A stretch of DNA of 60,925 bases. Source: Nemertoderma westbladi (lineage: Eukaryota; Animalia; Xenacoelomorpha). The notes below the pieces were generated by a model. It was given only the letters and a program-made list of their open reading frames with translations, searched no databases and was not told where the DNA came from. How positions within the stretch are numbered: position 1 is the stretch's first letter; each line of letters opens with the position of its first letter. Shown here in pieces: positions 36,601-49,584 of this stretch. Where the stretch lies: assembly GCA_032718475.1 (NCBI GenBank), contig JAUCBJ010001581.1:1-60925 (forward strand), in the 5' to 3' direction. The position numbers were made by a program, and so were the translations under genes.

Positions 36601-37530
36601 ATAATCTGCAGATTTCATTGGATGTTCTAGAAAATTACTGTAAATACTGGTTACTGTCGGTTAATCTAGATAAAAGTAATATAGTAATATTTCGAAAAGG
36701 TGGTCGAGTAAGAAGTGGACATATAAGGGAAATAATATGACCATCGTAAATTCTTACACATATTTGGGTATAGATTTCAGTTTCACGGGAAAATTTAATA
36801 CTGCGCAGAAAAGCCTTGCAAATAAAGGGGAGAAAGTGTATTTCTCACTGATGCGGTACTTGACGTTTTTTCCTAACGTAGATTTTTCTTTAGCAAATTA
36901 CCTATTCTGTTGCCCAGTCAAGCCAATTTTAACTTATGGTTGTGCTGTATGGGATTTTAATTCCAGTCCCGATGTTGAACGAGTTCATTTAAAATTTTTG
37001 AAAAACTTTCTAAGGTGTCAAACCGTCGACATACCCCGGGAGCGTAGACTCTGCCGTCTCTGTAACAAAAATGAAGTGGAAGATGAGTATCATTTCCTAC
37101 TGGTTTGTAACCGTCTTAAAGAAATAAGGAGAACATATTTAGGGGTTTATTTTTCGTTTAATCCTGGAGTAAACAAATTACACTAACTTGTTACAACCAA
37201 ATCACAGGTGAAATTACTGAACTTAGGAAAATTTATTCTGTACGCAAATAAATTAAGAGAAGAGGCAATAGGAATTTGATCTATTTAATACACACAACAA
37301 TTCAATGCGGGTCGTGTAATTTATTTATTGCTATATAGTACTGTACATTACATTAAATTACAGTACATTCACTCTCGTTTTCATGTATATTGTTTAATCG
37401 CCGTTTTATGGATCAACTGAAATGGTGCAAATACAATATACTATGTTGTTTGTATTTAAGAGTCTGGCTGGCTGCATTGCAAAGTTGGGTTGTCTAATCC
37501 TGCTTGGCAATCCAAATAAATCCCTTCTCT
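33614..37530 (+). mobile_element. Degenerate non-LTR retrotransposon (APE endonuclease + RT, RTE-X-like)
   Basis: Endonuclease motifs LNVEGL, VETW, SVYIAP, GDLNSRTA, NAFGKRLL and STIDY. RT motifs DPTNFRGITLLS, AQAGF, LFINDL, LLYADD and YTYLG. C-terminal RLCRLC...EDEYHFLLVC. Many stops and frameshifts. The clade assignment is tentative. Confidence 0.9.
33628..33865 (+). repeat. 24-bp coding repeat (PTSHPVHP) upstream of LINE ORF2
   Basis: ccgactagccatccggttcacccg repeated about 10 times, degenerating towards the 3' end. Confidence 0.85.
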
Positions 37531-37844
37531 ACTAATATGATTAGATTTGATTTTAAATTTAAAAAAGCCGCGCAAAACTAATTTTAATTCCAAATAAAAT
37601 CATATTTCACTGAGAAATTCGGCCCCTTGAAACACATTCAAGTGTTTTCAAAAAAATATTTCGACCGAAAGAAAAAAATTTTACCGCCAAAAAACTGTAA
37701 TTAATTTTTGGAATCTCAATATATTTTATAATTTTGGCTCCTGCGGCGGCCTCATAAACGCCGAAATAATAACTACTGTACAATCAGTCAGTGTAAAGTA
37801 GTTAATGAATCGTCATAAATCGCGTATAAATTACAGGTAGTGAG

Positions 37845-38059
37845 TGAGTGGCGCACAATGACCGCACCGCAAGTGAAAATAGTGATCTTCAGGGCAAATT
37901 GACCGCAAGTGAAATAATGTATAGTTTATTATTTTGGTTAGAAAATACCGCTACTGTAACCTGCTCCTTTACCATAATGTTTTAAATTAAATTAAACTAA
38001 TTTTTCAAACCATCAACTAAAATTTTTTAGTGTTTGCAGTCATTTTGCGCCATTGACTC
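37845..38059 (-). mobile_element. ~210-bp MITE, copy A
   Basis: Inverted copy of 39360-39577. Ends gtggcgcacaatgaccgc / gcagtcattttgcgccattgactc. Confidence 0.7.
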
Positions 38060-38919
38060 AGAAATCAACACGGTATACAGTAGATTTAATTTCTTTAATT
38101 TAAATGTTAATTTTAAGTTAATTATTGGCGATATTACAAATAATCCTAAATCCTGCCTGCTAATAGCTACGCAGCTTTTACAGTTTTTGGGGTGTAAAGT
38201 ACTACAGTACGTTTACGTTAGGCCTGCCGTACAGCATTACTCAGTTACGGCACCAGTACTGCAGTTTAGGCCTGTACAGCTGTAGGCCTACATTACAGCA
38301 TTGTTTGATAGTACATTGGTACCAAGGCCTACTAGAACACAGGCCGTGCAGCCGACTTTTTTATACAGTGCACTGTTACAGTGTAAAGGAATATACATTA
38401 CTCATAATGGCCATTCATTCACACCCACCTAATCCACCCTAATCTAATTTTGCTTTTTGAGATAATCAATCGATGGTGGAGAATCTGTTTCTGGCAGTAA
38501 TTTTTTGATCCAAAAATGATATCTACTCTACTCAATAAGGCCAACTATACATACTGTAGGGCAATAACAAAGTACATAGTTCTGTAGTTTGGTGGGGGCA
38601 TTGATTTGTTGTGTTAATTACGTCGTTTAAAGGGAAAATACATTGTGAGGGCTTATAATTCAGTAATTTACCGTAGGCCTATATAGTTTAAGGGGGGTTC
38701 ACTAATTCTAGTAGGCCTTTACTTATTATTATTATTTATTAATATCACTGTATCACTCTATGTATTTATAAAAAATTAAATTAAAAGTACAAGACTGCAT
38801 GAGGAGAGAAAACAACCAGGTTATTAAAATTAAACACTTATGGTTGCCCGAGCAGGCTCTAAAATTACACAAAAATACAGAAATATATTCTACAAAATAA
38901 AATTAACGCAATAGTCATA

Positions 38920-39884
38920 GGCCCGGTTTCTCAAACTAAGTGCCCACTTATCCTAAAATGGCCACTTAAAAATTTTAAATGCCCACTTTGTTAAATGGCC
39001 ACTTAGTTTAAGTTAAGTGTTGTTTTTCATAAAACGATAACTACTGTAGCACTTAACTAAGTGGCCACTTTAATAATTTAAGTTAAAGTTTATCCTAAAC
39101 TGAAAGTTTAATTCAATAGTTACCGGATCGGTAGCTAACAGTTCAATCAGTTAAATATGTTCATATGTGAATGGAAGATCAATTTAATTTATTTTTATTA
39201 CGTCTTAGCAAAGGGTGAGAACGAAACAAAGACCTAAGACTTTAAAATAATATTAAATAATTTAAATAATAATCATTAAATAATTTTAGCAAGCTAGACC
39301 AAGAATAATAGTAGAACTCTATATAAAATTCAGTATCGTTATATACTTGTACCGGGTAGGAGTCAATGGCACAAATTGACCGCAAACACAAAATACATTT
39401 TAGTGAGTTTGAAAATTAATTTAATTTAATTAAAAACATTAAGGGAAAGGAGCAGGTTACAGTGACACGGTGTTTTCTAACCAAAACAAAACAATACACT
39501 ATACATTATTTTATTTGCGGTCAATTTGCGCTGAAGATCACTATTTTCACTTGCGATCAATGTGCGCCACGATCTGACTTGTAGAGGATTGAGTTTGATG
39601 TTGTTTACTCTCGATTTTCGTTAATGCCTATTTATAACAAATGGAACAAAAGCCATAACATTAAAGGCACAAAGCAAACACTGCATTTTTTTTATTTATT
39701 TAAGTCTTAAGTGGCATGATGATAAGGTACCTCCCAGGGTTACTTAAGTTCTCCCTTAAATGTGAAACTTTAAATGGTCCTTTAACTTTTGAGAAACTGC
39801 AAATAAATTTAAAGGGGCACTTAGAAACAAAACACTTAGTTTAAGTGCCCAATTTAAGTTAAGTGAGTTTTGAGAAACCGGGCC
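38920..39884. mobile_element. PIF/Harbinger-like MITE
   Basis: 16-bp TIRs GGCCCGGTTTCTCAAA / TTTGAGAAACCGGGCC, with flanks ata / tta and subterminal gccactta repeats. Confidence 0.75.
39360..39577 (+). mobile_element. ~210-bp MITE, copy B, nested in the Harbinger-like element
   Basis: gagtcaatggcacaaattgaccgcaaacac...ttgcgatcaatgtgcgccac. Confidence 0.7.
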
Positions 39885-40341
39885 TTAGTCTACGAATTTC
39901 TGAAAATTGATAAAAATTTGGTGCAATGAATAAAAATATCATATTTACATAAAAATTTAAAATAAAAAAGCATAAAACAGTAAAACGGTGCAGTAGAATA
40001 GACCGACAGACCGAAGCGGTGCTGAAAATATAAAATAAAATAAATACAAGGGTACAGTAAACAGTAGGCTATGTCAGTATGTGCAATACTGCAATAAAAT
40101 ATTCACAATAAAAATTGATTGTTATGATTCACAATAATAACTGTATACTTATGTATGAGTATACTTCTAGTACAGTAGTACTTTAGTGTAGTAGCCCTTG
40201 ACTGGTACCTACAGTCTTTAATCTATTGTAAATTCAATCAGTGATCGGTACGGTAGCTATATCATATCATTAACTCTCGCAACTCTAAAACTGCTGAACT
40301 ACAAGATCAGAAGATAGCTGGATGTGGATAGGGCTGTAGGG

Positions 40342-40626
40342 ATGGACACCCGGGGAGACTTAACTAAAGCATGGGATCGGTACGTTTGCAGAAACCACCC
40401 TCGTGGGATCGCGTTAACCCAGAACCCCTACATATGGACGTCGCCGCACTTCCGAAGTAAATGGTTCCACGGTTCGATGACGCCGACATTCGCCGCCTGG
40501 GGTGCGGTGTTCGCTATCGGATTCTGTTACTTCACGGGATGGCGAAAAGTTCTTGAGAAAGTTCCCGTGTGGCGGAACAAATATATTGAGTACGATAAGG
40601 AAGTAAACCAAGGAAAATCGATGTAA
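40342..40626 (+). CDS. UQCR11: Cytochrome b-c1 complex 6.4-kDa subunit (QCR10/UQCR11) with an N-terminal extension, intronless, 94 aa
   Basis: MTPTFAAWGAVFAIGFCYFTGWRKVLEKVPVWRNKY matches the family pattern WVPTAYTWGAVGAVGLVWATDWRLILDWVPYINGKF. The ORF is GC-rich against an AT-rich background. Confidence 0.85.
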   Translation: MDTRGDLTKAWDRYVCRNHPRGIALTQNPYIWTSPHFRSKWFHGSMTPTFAAWGAVFAIGFCYFTGWRKVLEKVPVWRNKYIEYDKEVNQGKSM

Positions 40627-41519
40627 CTGCTTTGTCAGTTTGTAGTTTGTTGCTCTTAGTTACCCATACATAGACAATATTAATAAGTCAATTTTAAACT
40701 GATTCGGTTTCTTACCCGGTAAGTTTTTCTAGTTTAGAACATATACGGCATAGCAATTAGGACAGGGACAGTAGGACGGAATATATATTTTTTGTAACTT
40801 TATCCCACTTTCTGACTTTATATGTTTTTATTGCAGTTAGGGTAGACCTGATAAAGCTGTATTTATAGAATTGTCAAATGCAGCGACTCTGATACGGTAT
40901 ATGATAGCCTCCTATCACATCATCATATCTCCCTAAAATCGAAGCGAACTTAAAGATCTTATTAGGCCTACCGGTTCATTTACAGATTTATGAACCATTA
41001 TTACCATAGTCGTATATATCCAACTTTAGTTTGCCTGGCTCGTGTAAAATGAAACTCGTAAGATGTTTACAGAGGGATAAATGTTCGCTTAGTTAGGATC
41101 TAGGCTCGGGTTCGCATACTTAGAGAACTTCGCTATGGATCGAAGTTCCTATACGTTATTTTTACCGGTATATTTATTAGATTATAGTCCACGCTCTGGA
41201 ATTATTGTAAATATGAGTCGTTTAATTATATTAAAATAAATAGTAACAGAATTTCAACAAATCGTTTATCCATAGAATGTTTGTAAATTATATAATCACT
41301 AATCAGACTAGGGATGTACTAGAATTCCGACACTTTTTGACTGATTCCGGTTCCGGCCGGATATCATCATATTCTTTCTTATATCATATTATTTTATACG
41401 TTCTATAAAGTTTTCAGATTCGGAATCTGCAGATGACGGTGGTTCTAAATGATCTAATGATATTCCAAATACAAACAATAAAGCCGATTCCCAATATATA
41501 TGGAGATATTGCTAAATAG

Positions 41520-44140
41520 TAGGGATGTGCCGAATTGACTATTTTCAAACCGGCCATGCCGGAGCCGGATTTGTAAAAAAAATCCGGCCGGAATTCCGGC
41601 CAAGCCGGATTTTTTTATATATCACCACTTTTTTCCTTGAATCAGCTATATGGTACCTTTATGCATGAACAGAACTGGAGGGAGGGAAGGTACCACGTAA
41701 TTTGGTCCTTAGGGCGTTAGGTCCTGCATTGATAGATCACGTACTGGATCATTATCAGCAAGGTCATGAAGGACTTTGACTTTAATAAGAATTCAGAAGT
41801 AGATAAGTAAGTATAAGTCAATATCCAAACTAAACGGGACGAGAAGAGCGTTTTGCGTTGGTGGGCTGCAAATAAGGAATCATATCCTAATTTACAAATA
41901 CTTGTACATGTGGGGCGAGCCACGAAGTTGGCGGAGCCTTAGCGAATTGACACTGTTAGGGGGTGGGTCAATTTATGCAAATAGTTGTCGTCGTCGTCGT
42001 CGTTGTCGTCGTCGTCGTTGTCGTCGTCGTTACGATTTTGACATGCTAATAACTTTGTCGGATTTAAAGCTGCCAAGTTGAAAATTTGTAGGTATCAATA
42101 TGAGCTAAAGTTGAGATTTTTGAGAGACTTTCAGACACCATCAGTGCAATGGTCTCCCGCTAGAGGGCCACATGTCTAAACATTAAATGCCCTCCCATTT
42201 CTTTGCTTTTAATCCGTTTAAGCTGAAACTTGGCAGATATGTATTTGACCATTAGCTGTGACTATCAAAGGAGGCGAATCCATCTGCAGTTCTCCAGTCT
42301 GCCGCTAGAGGGCCAAAGGTCTGAAAGTGAAATCGTTGTCGTCGTTACGATTTTGACATGCTAATAACTTTGTCGAATTTAAAGCTGCCAAGTTGAAAAT
42401 TTGTAGGTATCAATATGAGCAAAAGTTGAGATTTTTGAGAGACTTTCAGACACCATCAGTGCAATGGTCTCCCGCTAGAGGGCCACATGTCTAAACATTA
42501 AATGCCCTCCCATTTCTTTGCTTTTAATCCGTTTAAGCTGAAACTTGGCAGATATGTATTAGACCATTAGCTGTGACTTTCAAAGGAGGCGAATCCATCT
42601 GCAGTTCTCCAGTCTGCCGCTAGAGGGCCAAAGGTCTGAAAGTGAAATCGTTGTCGTCGTTACGATTTTGACATGCTAATAACTTTGTCGGATTTAAAGC
42701 TGCCAAGTTGAAAATTTGTAGGTATCAATATGAGCTAAAGTTGAGATTTTTGAGAGACTTTCAGACACCATCAGTGCAATGGTCTCCCGCTAGAGGGCCA
42801 CATGTCTAAACATTAAATGCCCTCCCATTTCTTTGCTTTTAATCCGTTTAAGCTGAAACTTGGCAGATATGTATTAGACCATTAGCTGTGACTTTCAAAG
42901 GAGGCGAATCCATCTGCAGTTCTCCAGTCTGCCGCTAGAGGGCCAAATGTCTGAAAGTGAAATCGTTGTCGTCGTTATGATATTGACATGCTTATAACTT
43001 TGTCGAATTTAAAGCTGCCAAGTTGAAAATTTGTAGGCATCAATATGATCAAAAGTTGAGACGTTTGAGAGACTTTCAGACACCATCAGAGCAATAGTCT
43101 CCTGCTAGAGGGCCACATGTCTAAACGTTAAATGTCCTCCCATTTCTTTGCTTTTAATCCATTTATGCTGAAATTTGGCAGATATGTAATAGACCATAGG
43201 CTGTGGCTTTGTAGGGAAACTAATCCTTCCTTCTTCAGTTACCCAGTCTCCCGCTAGAGGGTTAACGTTTTCCGGGAAAATCTTCTCCTATGTTTTTATA
43301 ATCCTTTCGAGTTGATACTTAGCATTAACTCATTTCACGTGCTGCGCGAAGGCCCCACTTCGTGTATGTATGTATATTTAATATCTCCAGCATCTTCAAT
43401 TTATTCCGAGCGAATATTTGTAGAGGCTGCGAGGCTGGTAATGTATTTGATGATAATCGCTCTCGTCTACTTTCGGATGGTGGAGAGAAACTAATATTTT
43501 TGTGCCATAACCTACGCCGATTTGATATAATGGATTGATTTGATAAATAAAGTGCAAATTGAAAAATATAACGAAGTAACAATTAATAGCTGTAGTTTTT
43601 TTATACTCTCTGAGTTAAATTGGATTTACTAGAGTTTCTAAATTACCTGTCGAATATATAAATCTGGTCATTCACGGTGGTAAGCTTAATTTCAATTTAT
43701 AACAAACCTAGCTAGCTAGACCAAACATCAACACTTGCGTGCGCGCTGGGACTATATAATAATTATTGACTAGTTATAATTAGTATATGGGTATGCATGT
43801 ACTACAGTATTTATTAAATATTAACGTTTGTTAGTGAGGCTGAGCCCAACCAAATACAAATATTATTGGTAAAAACTAGTCAGTCAGCTCAGCATGTAGA
43901 TAGTCATAAAATTATAGCTCTGCTTTAGACTTTATGATATTCATAATATGAATGAATATGATACAAACTATGAAAATAATTGTATTGTATTCCATTGTAT
44001 TGGCTTATGTTTAAATTTGTTTGAATTTAAAAGAAAATTTGTTTTGATGTTATTTTCGAAAATTTACGAAATTGAAATCCGGTCGGAGCCGGAACCGGAT
44101 TTTTTTCTCAAAATCCGGCCGGATATCCGGCACACCCCTA
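41520..44140 (+). mobile_element. Internally deleted hAT transposon with 8-bp TSD, interrupted by a HINE-like element
   Basis: TIRs TAGGGATGTGCCG / CGGCACACCCCTA, TSD CTAAATAG (41512-41519 and 44141-44148) and subterminal ccgg repeats. The dimerisation domain is split: VLRWWAANKESYPNLQILV | YLISPASSIYSERIF...NRSRLL...EKLIFLCHNL. Confidence 0.92.
41909..43367 (+). mobile_element. Non-autonomous Helentron/HINE (pearl-like) element with a (GTC)n microsatellite and ~4 x 315-bp internal repeats
   Basis: Head tgtggggcgagccacgaagt and tail gccccacttcgtgtat (subterminal inverted motifs). Internal units start at ~42024, 42338, 42654 and 42968. Confidence 0.8.
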
Positions 44141-44271
44141 CTAAATAGGCATTTTTAACGGCTTGTTGTATCGAAATACTTTTAAAATTGAAAGATTCGT
44201 CTCTGCCAGCAGTAAGAAACCAAAACTTTTGTCGAAACTATCATCATCATACCAAATTTCGTCACATACGA

Positions 44272-45408
44272 ATACACGAAGTGGGGCCTTCGCGCAGCAC
44301 GTGAAATGAGTTAATGCTAAGTATCAACTCGAAAGGATTATAAAAACATAGGAGAAGATTTTCCCGGAAAACGTTAACCCTCTAGCGGGAGACTGGGTAA
44401 CTGAAGAAGGAAGGATTAGTTTCCCTACAAAGCCACAGCCTATGGTCTATTACATATCTACCAAGTTTCCGATTGACGGATCATAAATAACGAAATGTTG
44501 GAAGGTTTTCACTTTCATACATTTAGCCCTCTAGCGGCATATTAAAGAACTACGGATCGATCACCTTCCTCACAAAGACGAGGCATGTGGTCTAGTACAT
44601 ACCGGTACTGTATATTCCAAAATTCAGCTTAAATAGATTAAGATCAAGGAATTCGCGAAGGTTATCACTTTCCTACATTTCGCCCTCTAGCGGCAGACTC
44701 GAAAACTCCGGACCGATTACTGTCCACACAAAGACTTAGGATGTCTTCTAGTACATATATGACAAGTTTCAGCGTAATCAGATCATAAACAACTAAATGG
44801 AAGAATAATTTCACATTCGGGACATTTCGCCCTCTAGCGGCAGACTGGAGAACTGCAGACAGATTAGCCTCCTTTGAAATTTACAGCTAATGGTCTAGTA
44901 CATACTTCCCAAGTTTCAGCTTAAACGGATTAAAAGCAAAGAAATGGGTGGCCATTTAATGTTTAGACATGTGGCCCTCTACCGGCAGACTGGAAAACTT
45001 CGGACCGATTACAATCCACACAAAGACTCAGGATGTCATCTAGTACATATATGACAAGTTTCAGCGTAATCAGATCATAAACAACTAAATGGAAGAATAA
45101 TTTCACATTCGGGACATTTCGCCCTCTAGCGGCAGACTGGAGAACTGCAGACAGATTAGCCTCCTTTGAAATTTACAGCTAATGGTCTAGTACATACTTC
45201 CCAAGTTTCAGCTTAAACGGATTAAAAGCAAAGAAATGGGTGGCCATTTAATGTTTAGACATGTGGCCCTCTAGCGGGAGACCATTGCACTGATGGTGTC
45301 TGAAAGTCTCTCAAAAATCTCAACTTTTGCTCATATTGATACCTACAAATTTTCAACTTGGCAGCTTTAAATCCGACAAAGTTATTAGCATGTCAAAATC
45401 GTAACGAC

Positions 45409-45440
<32 letters not shown>

Positions 45441-45546
45441 CGACAACGACGACGACGACGACGACGACAACTATTTGCATAAATTGACCCACCCCCTAAC
45501 AGTGTCAATTCGCTAAGGCTCCGCCAACTTCGTGGCTCGCCCCACA
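44272..45546 (-). mobile_element. Second HINE-like copy in inverted orientation
   Basis: Both ends are near-identical reverse complements of 41909-43367. It contains (GAC)n at ~45405-45470 and a different internal repeat arrangement. Confidence 0.85.
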
Positions 45547-46541
45547 ATTAATACAATTTGAAAAATAATTATGGGGGGGGGGCTCCGACTTGCTAAAAAT
45601 GGTGTTGTTGTTGTATTGGGTGTTGGTGTGCTGTATAATACAACCCTCGTTGATGAACTTCCCGCACGCCCCTTTTGTTATTGAAAAGAGATCTTGCAAT
45701 TTTCATGAACTACAAAAGTTGACAAAAAGTAGAGAAAATTACAGACAAACTTCTGAATAAGAAGCACTTTATACCGTCTGGTCCTCGTTTTATTTTAACT
45801 GTCGCTGATACTCCTGTGGGGCGAGACACGTATGGCGAGCCATCAGCGAACTGATATAATTATACTATGGCCGTTTTTCAAAAGTCGGTGTGTGTGTCGG
45901 AAGCCATAAATGTCGGAAGCCATAATCGAAGTTAATATCTTCAGCTAAATTGTATGGTTGAGTCATTTTGAACGATCTCTCCATGGAAATTAATTGTTTT
46001 GCACCATACGATTAAAGTTATTTTGCACAGAAATTAGATATCTGGAATCCATGTACCCCATTCTATTATAGTTTTTTATTTTTTCAAGTGATTTGCGTTA
46101 ATAAATGTATTTTTAATTGATTTCAACATAATTAACATTGTAAATTCATACGCTGATTCCATTCTCCCCCATAGAGCCTAAGGCATGGCAAGGGCAGCCG
46201 TTCCCAATAATATTTATTGAAGTTTTACATTACTAACATTGCAAGCTAAAGTCTTTGACCAAGCCAGTAGTGCCTAGGCTTAGTACACAAGGACATAGTA
46301 GTCCAGTAGAAGGAATAGTGCTCCTTCAATACATCTCAACAGACATCAATTCATTTGCCTGTGCCTACCAACGCGTGCTCTATAACATAACATATATTCT
46401 TGATTTCCATCACCTCTCACTACAATTATTATTAGTAATTAAAAGTTTCAATTCGGTTTGTCTTTCCGTTATCTGGTTATTCAGTTATTGCATTATTAAT
46501 AAATAAATGTAATAATAATAAATAATGTAATAAATAAATAA

Positions 46542-46806
46542 AAGCAGCAGCTTTGTCTAGTGGTGACATTACTGTGCTTCCGATTAGGGAGCCCGAGTTC
46601 GATCCCTAGATGGGCGCAGCACTGTTTGGGCACAGTGCTTTAAATGCTGCAGCCCAGCGCAACCCCGGCCATCATCCTTCAGTGGTCGATAAATGGGAAC
46701 CAAGGCAACTTGGGAAACAGAGTGGAAGGGTTTACTGTGGAAGATATCACCCATGGTGGTGAACAGGCATTCCTTGGCTTAACGAGCCTAAAAGATTCTC
46801 CCATTC
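46542..46806 (+). mobile_element. tRNA-derived SINE, copy 2
   Basis: Near-identical to 15543-15792 but retains catccttcagtggtcgataaatg. Flanked by aataaataaat on both sides. Confidence 0.88.
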
Positions 46807-46864
46807 AATAAATAAATGTTTTAAAATATATCTTACGAAATATGGTTAATAATTAAAACTTGTC

Positions 46865-47405
46865 GCTAACATTCTCGCTATGGGGGTTTTAAGGAGTGCT
46901 GATTACATTTCTGATGTCAGTTTTCACGTTTACATAAATCTAGTCTGTCTGTCTGTCGGTCATTCTGTCAGTCAGTCTGTCAAAACATAAAAGAGAATTC
47001 AAATTAACTAACATTCTCGCTATGGGGGTTTTAAGGGGTGCTGATTTCATTTCTGATGTCAGTTTTCAGGTTTACATAAATCTAGTCTGTTTGTTTGTCG
47101 GTCTTTCTGTGAGTCAGTCAGTCTTTCAAAACTTAAAAAAGAATACAAACTAACTAACATTCTCGTTGTGGGGGTTTTAATGGGTGCTGGTTTTATTTCA
47201 GATGTCAGTTTTCACGTTTAAAAAAATCTAGTCTGTCTGGCTGTCGGTCTTTCTGTCAGTCAGTCTGTGAAAACTTAAGAAAGTATACTAACTAACCAAC
47301 ATTCTCGCTATGGGGGTTTTAAGGGTTGCTGATTTCATTTCTGATGTCAGTTTACACGTTTACATAAATCTAGTCTGTCTGTCTGTCAGTCTCTCTGTCA
47401 GTCTG
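46865..47405. repeat. ~145-bp tandem repeat, ~4 copies (dispersed family, also at 60490-60760)
   Basis: aacattctcgctatgggggtttta...gctgatttcatttctgatgtcagttttcacgtttacataaatctagtctgtctgtc. Confidence 0.85.
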
Positions 47406-47719
47406 AACTACTGTACTGTGGTTGGCATTACTGCATTACGCCATATACCTAACACTAATAATACAGTCTACAATACAGCCTATCTACAGTACAGAATGGA
47501 TTTTTTGCCATGAAGAGCAATAAATGTCATTAATACTATCCACCAGTATACCTACTCCAAGAGCCTTCCAATAAAACATGTATTCCAGCATGACGTCCAC
47601 TGCACGTCTTCGGGCTGTCCATGGTGACGTGCAGTGGACATCATAGGCTCTAAGGGGTTAAGCAACACGGGCCCTACTTCGCCCTGTCGACACCCCAGCC
47701 ATTTTTTACCAATCCTATT

Positions 47720-47990
47720 TTAGAGTTTTTTAATTTTTTTGGTATTGGTGAAAGTTCTACAACATTAGTAGATATGTTTTTTATGATAGCTAGTGTTTTT
47801 TTGCTAGCTAGTATTTTTTGAAATTATAAAAAATGTGAAAGTCCATGATATTTCAGGTTAAACTGTTGAAGAATATATTAATGACCAAAATAATTTCCAA
47901 AAATTACTAGCTAGTAAAAAATACTAGCTATATACCATAAAAAATCTACTAAGGTTCTAGAACATTCACAATATTATAAAAAAGCACTCA
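47720..47990. mobile_element. Degenerate foldback/MITE
   Basis: gttctacaacattagtagat...tagctagt...gctagctagta...gaaattat mirrors ataatttc...tactagctagt...actagcta...atctactaaggttctagaac. Confidence 0.55.
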
Positions 47991-49035
47991 AAATCACAAA
48001 AAAATAAAGGTTAAAAAACTCATTCGGGACCCTTTTGCTTAAGGAGTCAAAATTGTAGAACAAATTCCCGAAGTTTGCGACGTTTGCGAAATTCGCGAAG
48101 AATCCGTCAGTTTCTGTGCCCTAATGGTTTCGTGACGAAACAATCAAATCTTACACACTTAACACACACGAACTAATTTAATGTGTGTATTAGTATGCCT
48201 GAATAATTAAATAGAAATTAAATTAATGAACGCTATTTCAACATGAAATCTACGGAATCAATACACAACACACGCACACTACTGAATTTAAAAATTTATA
48301 TAGATTGCAACTTATATTTGGCTACCTTTTAGGCCTAATGGGTGACTAATTTAATTATTCACCCCTATATATTTGACAATTATTTGTAGCCTTTTTAATT
48401 TGTGCCTCTAATTGAATCAAACATTAAACTAAAATATATGTCACAATATTGGTCTGTCGGTAGCTGATCAATGAATCTCTCATAAATTTGTTATTTAGTC
48501 GCTGCTCAGTCGTTGAACATTTGAACACGTGCTGCTCGAAGACCCCACAACGTGTAATAAACGCACTCTTTTTAAAAAAGAAAAGTGATATTTTTCGCAA
48601 AAGTATGCTTAATTGGTTATTTTTGTTTGTTTATTTAAATTAATATTTAAAAAAAATGTACATATTTCATTGTCATTGCATGTCAAACCGTGAAAAAAAG
48701 TCAAATTTTAAAATAAAAACTTATTGCACGAGGAAACTTTACAAAGTTATCACCAGAATATCTACCGCATTGTTTAATCTCCAATGCACTAACTATCAAC
48801 AATCTCAATAATTTTCATGTACTTCGCTCGCTCCCCTCGCTCTGTACGTAACTCTTTTCACACAACATATTTTTCTTGATCAAGTGAAGACCCAGGCGTT
48901 ATTTTATTAAATTTCCTGTTCCGGACGGAATTTTCCGGCAGTTGAAATTCCTGTTCCGGTACATCCCTAAATTCGAAACAGGAGGGCGGGCGAGGTAACT
49001 TGACACAAATCGGGTGGGGGGGGGGGGGGGGGTTG

Positions 49036-49584
49036 GTACAGTGGCACGTTACAGTGGCACGTTACAGTGGCACGTTACAGTGGCACGTTACAGTGGCACG
49101 TTACAGTGGCACGTTACAGTGGCACGCTACAGTGGTACGTTACAGTGGCACGTTACAGTGGCACGTTACAGTGATGAGCTACAGGGGCACGTTACAGTAG
49201 CACGTTACAGTGGCACGTTACAGTGGCACGTTACAAAGGCACGTTACAGTGGTACGTTACAGTGGCACGTTACAGTGGCACGTTACAATGGCACGTTACA
49301 ATGGCACGCTACAGTGTCACGTTACAGTGGCACGTTACAGTGGCACGCTACAGTGGCACGCTACAGTGGCACGTTACAGTGACACGTTACAGTGGCACGT
49401 TACAGTGGCAAGTTACCGTGGCACGTTATTCTAGCGCGTTACAGTGGCACATTACAGTGGCACGTTACAGTGGCACGCTACAGTGGCACGTTACAGTGGC
49501 ACGTTACAGTGACAAGTTACAGTGGCACGCTACAATGGCACGTTGCAGTGGCACGCTACAGTTGCACGTTACAGTGGCACGTTA
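49036..49584. repeat. 13-bp minisatellite, ~42 copies
   Basis: Unit acagtggcacgtt. Confidence 0.96.

Larger units (their letters stand above)
46167..47657. mobile_element. Possible piggyBac-like relic
   Basis: 14-bp TIRs ccccatagagccta / taggctctaagggg (1 mismatch). The right flank is TTAA, with an internal inverted repeat gtccactgcacgtc / gacgtgcagtggac near the right end. The left TTAA is missing. Confidence 0.45.

Noticed and set aside
45353-45547. Protamine-like poly-Arg ORF
   Set aside because: It is the translation of the (GTC)n microsatellite inside the HINE-like element.
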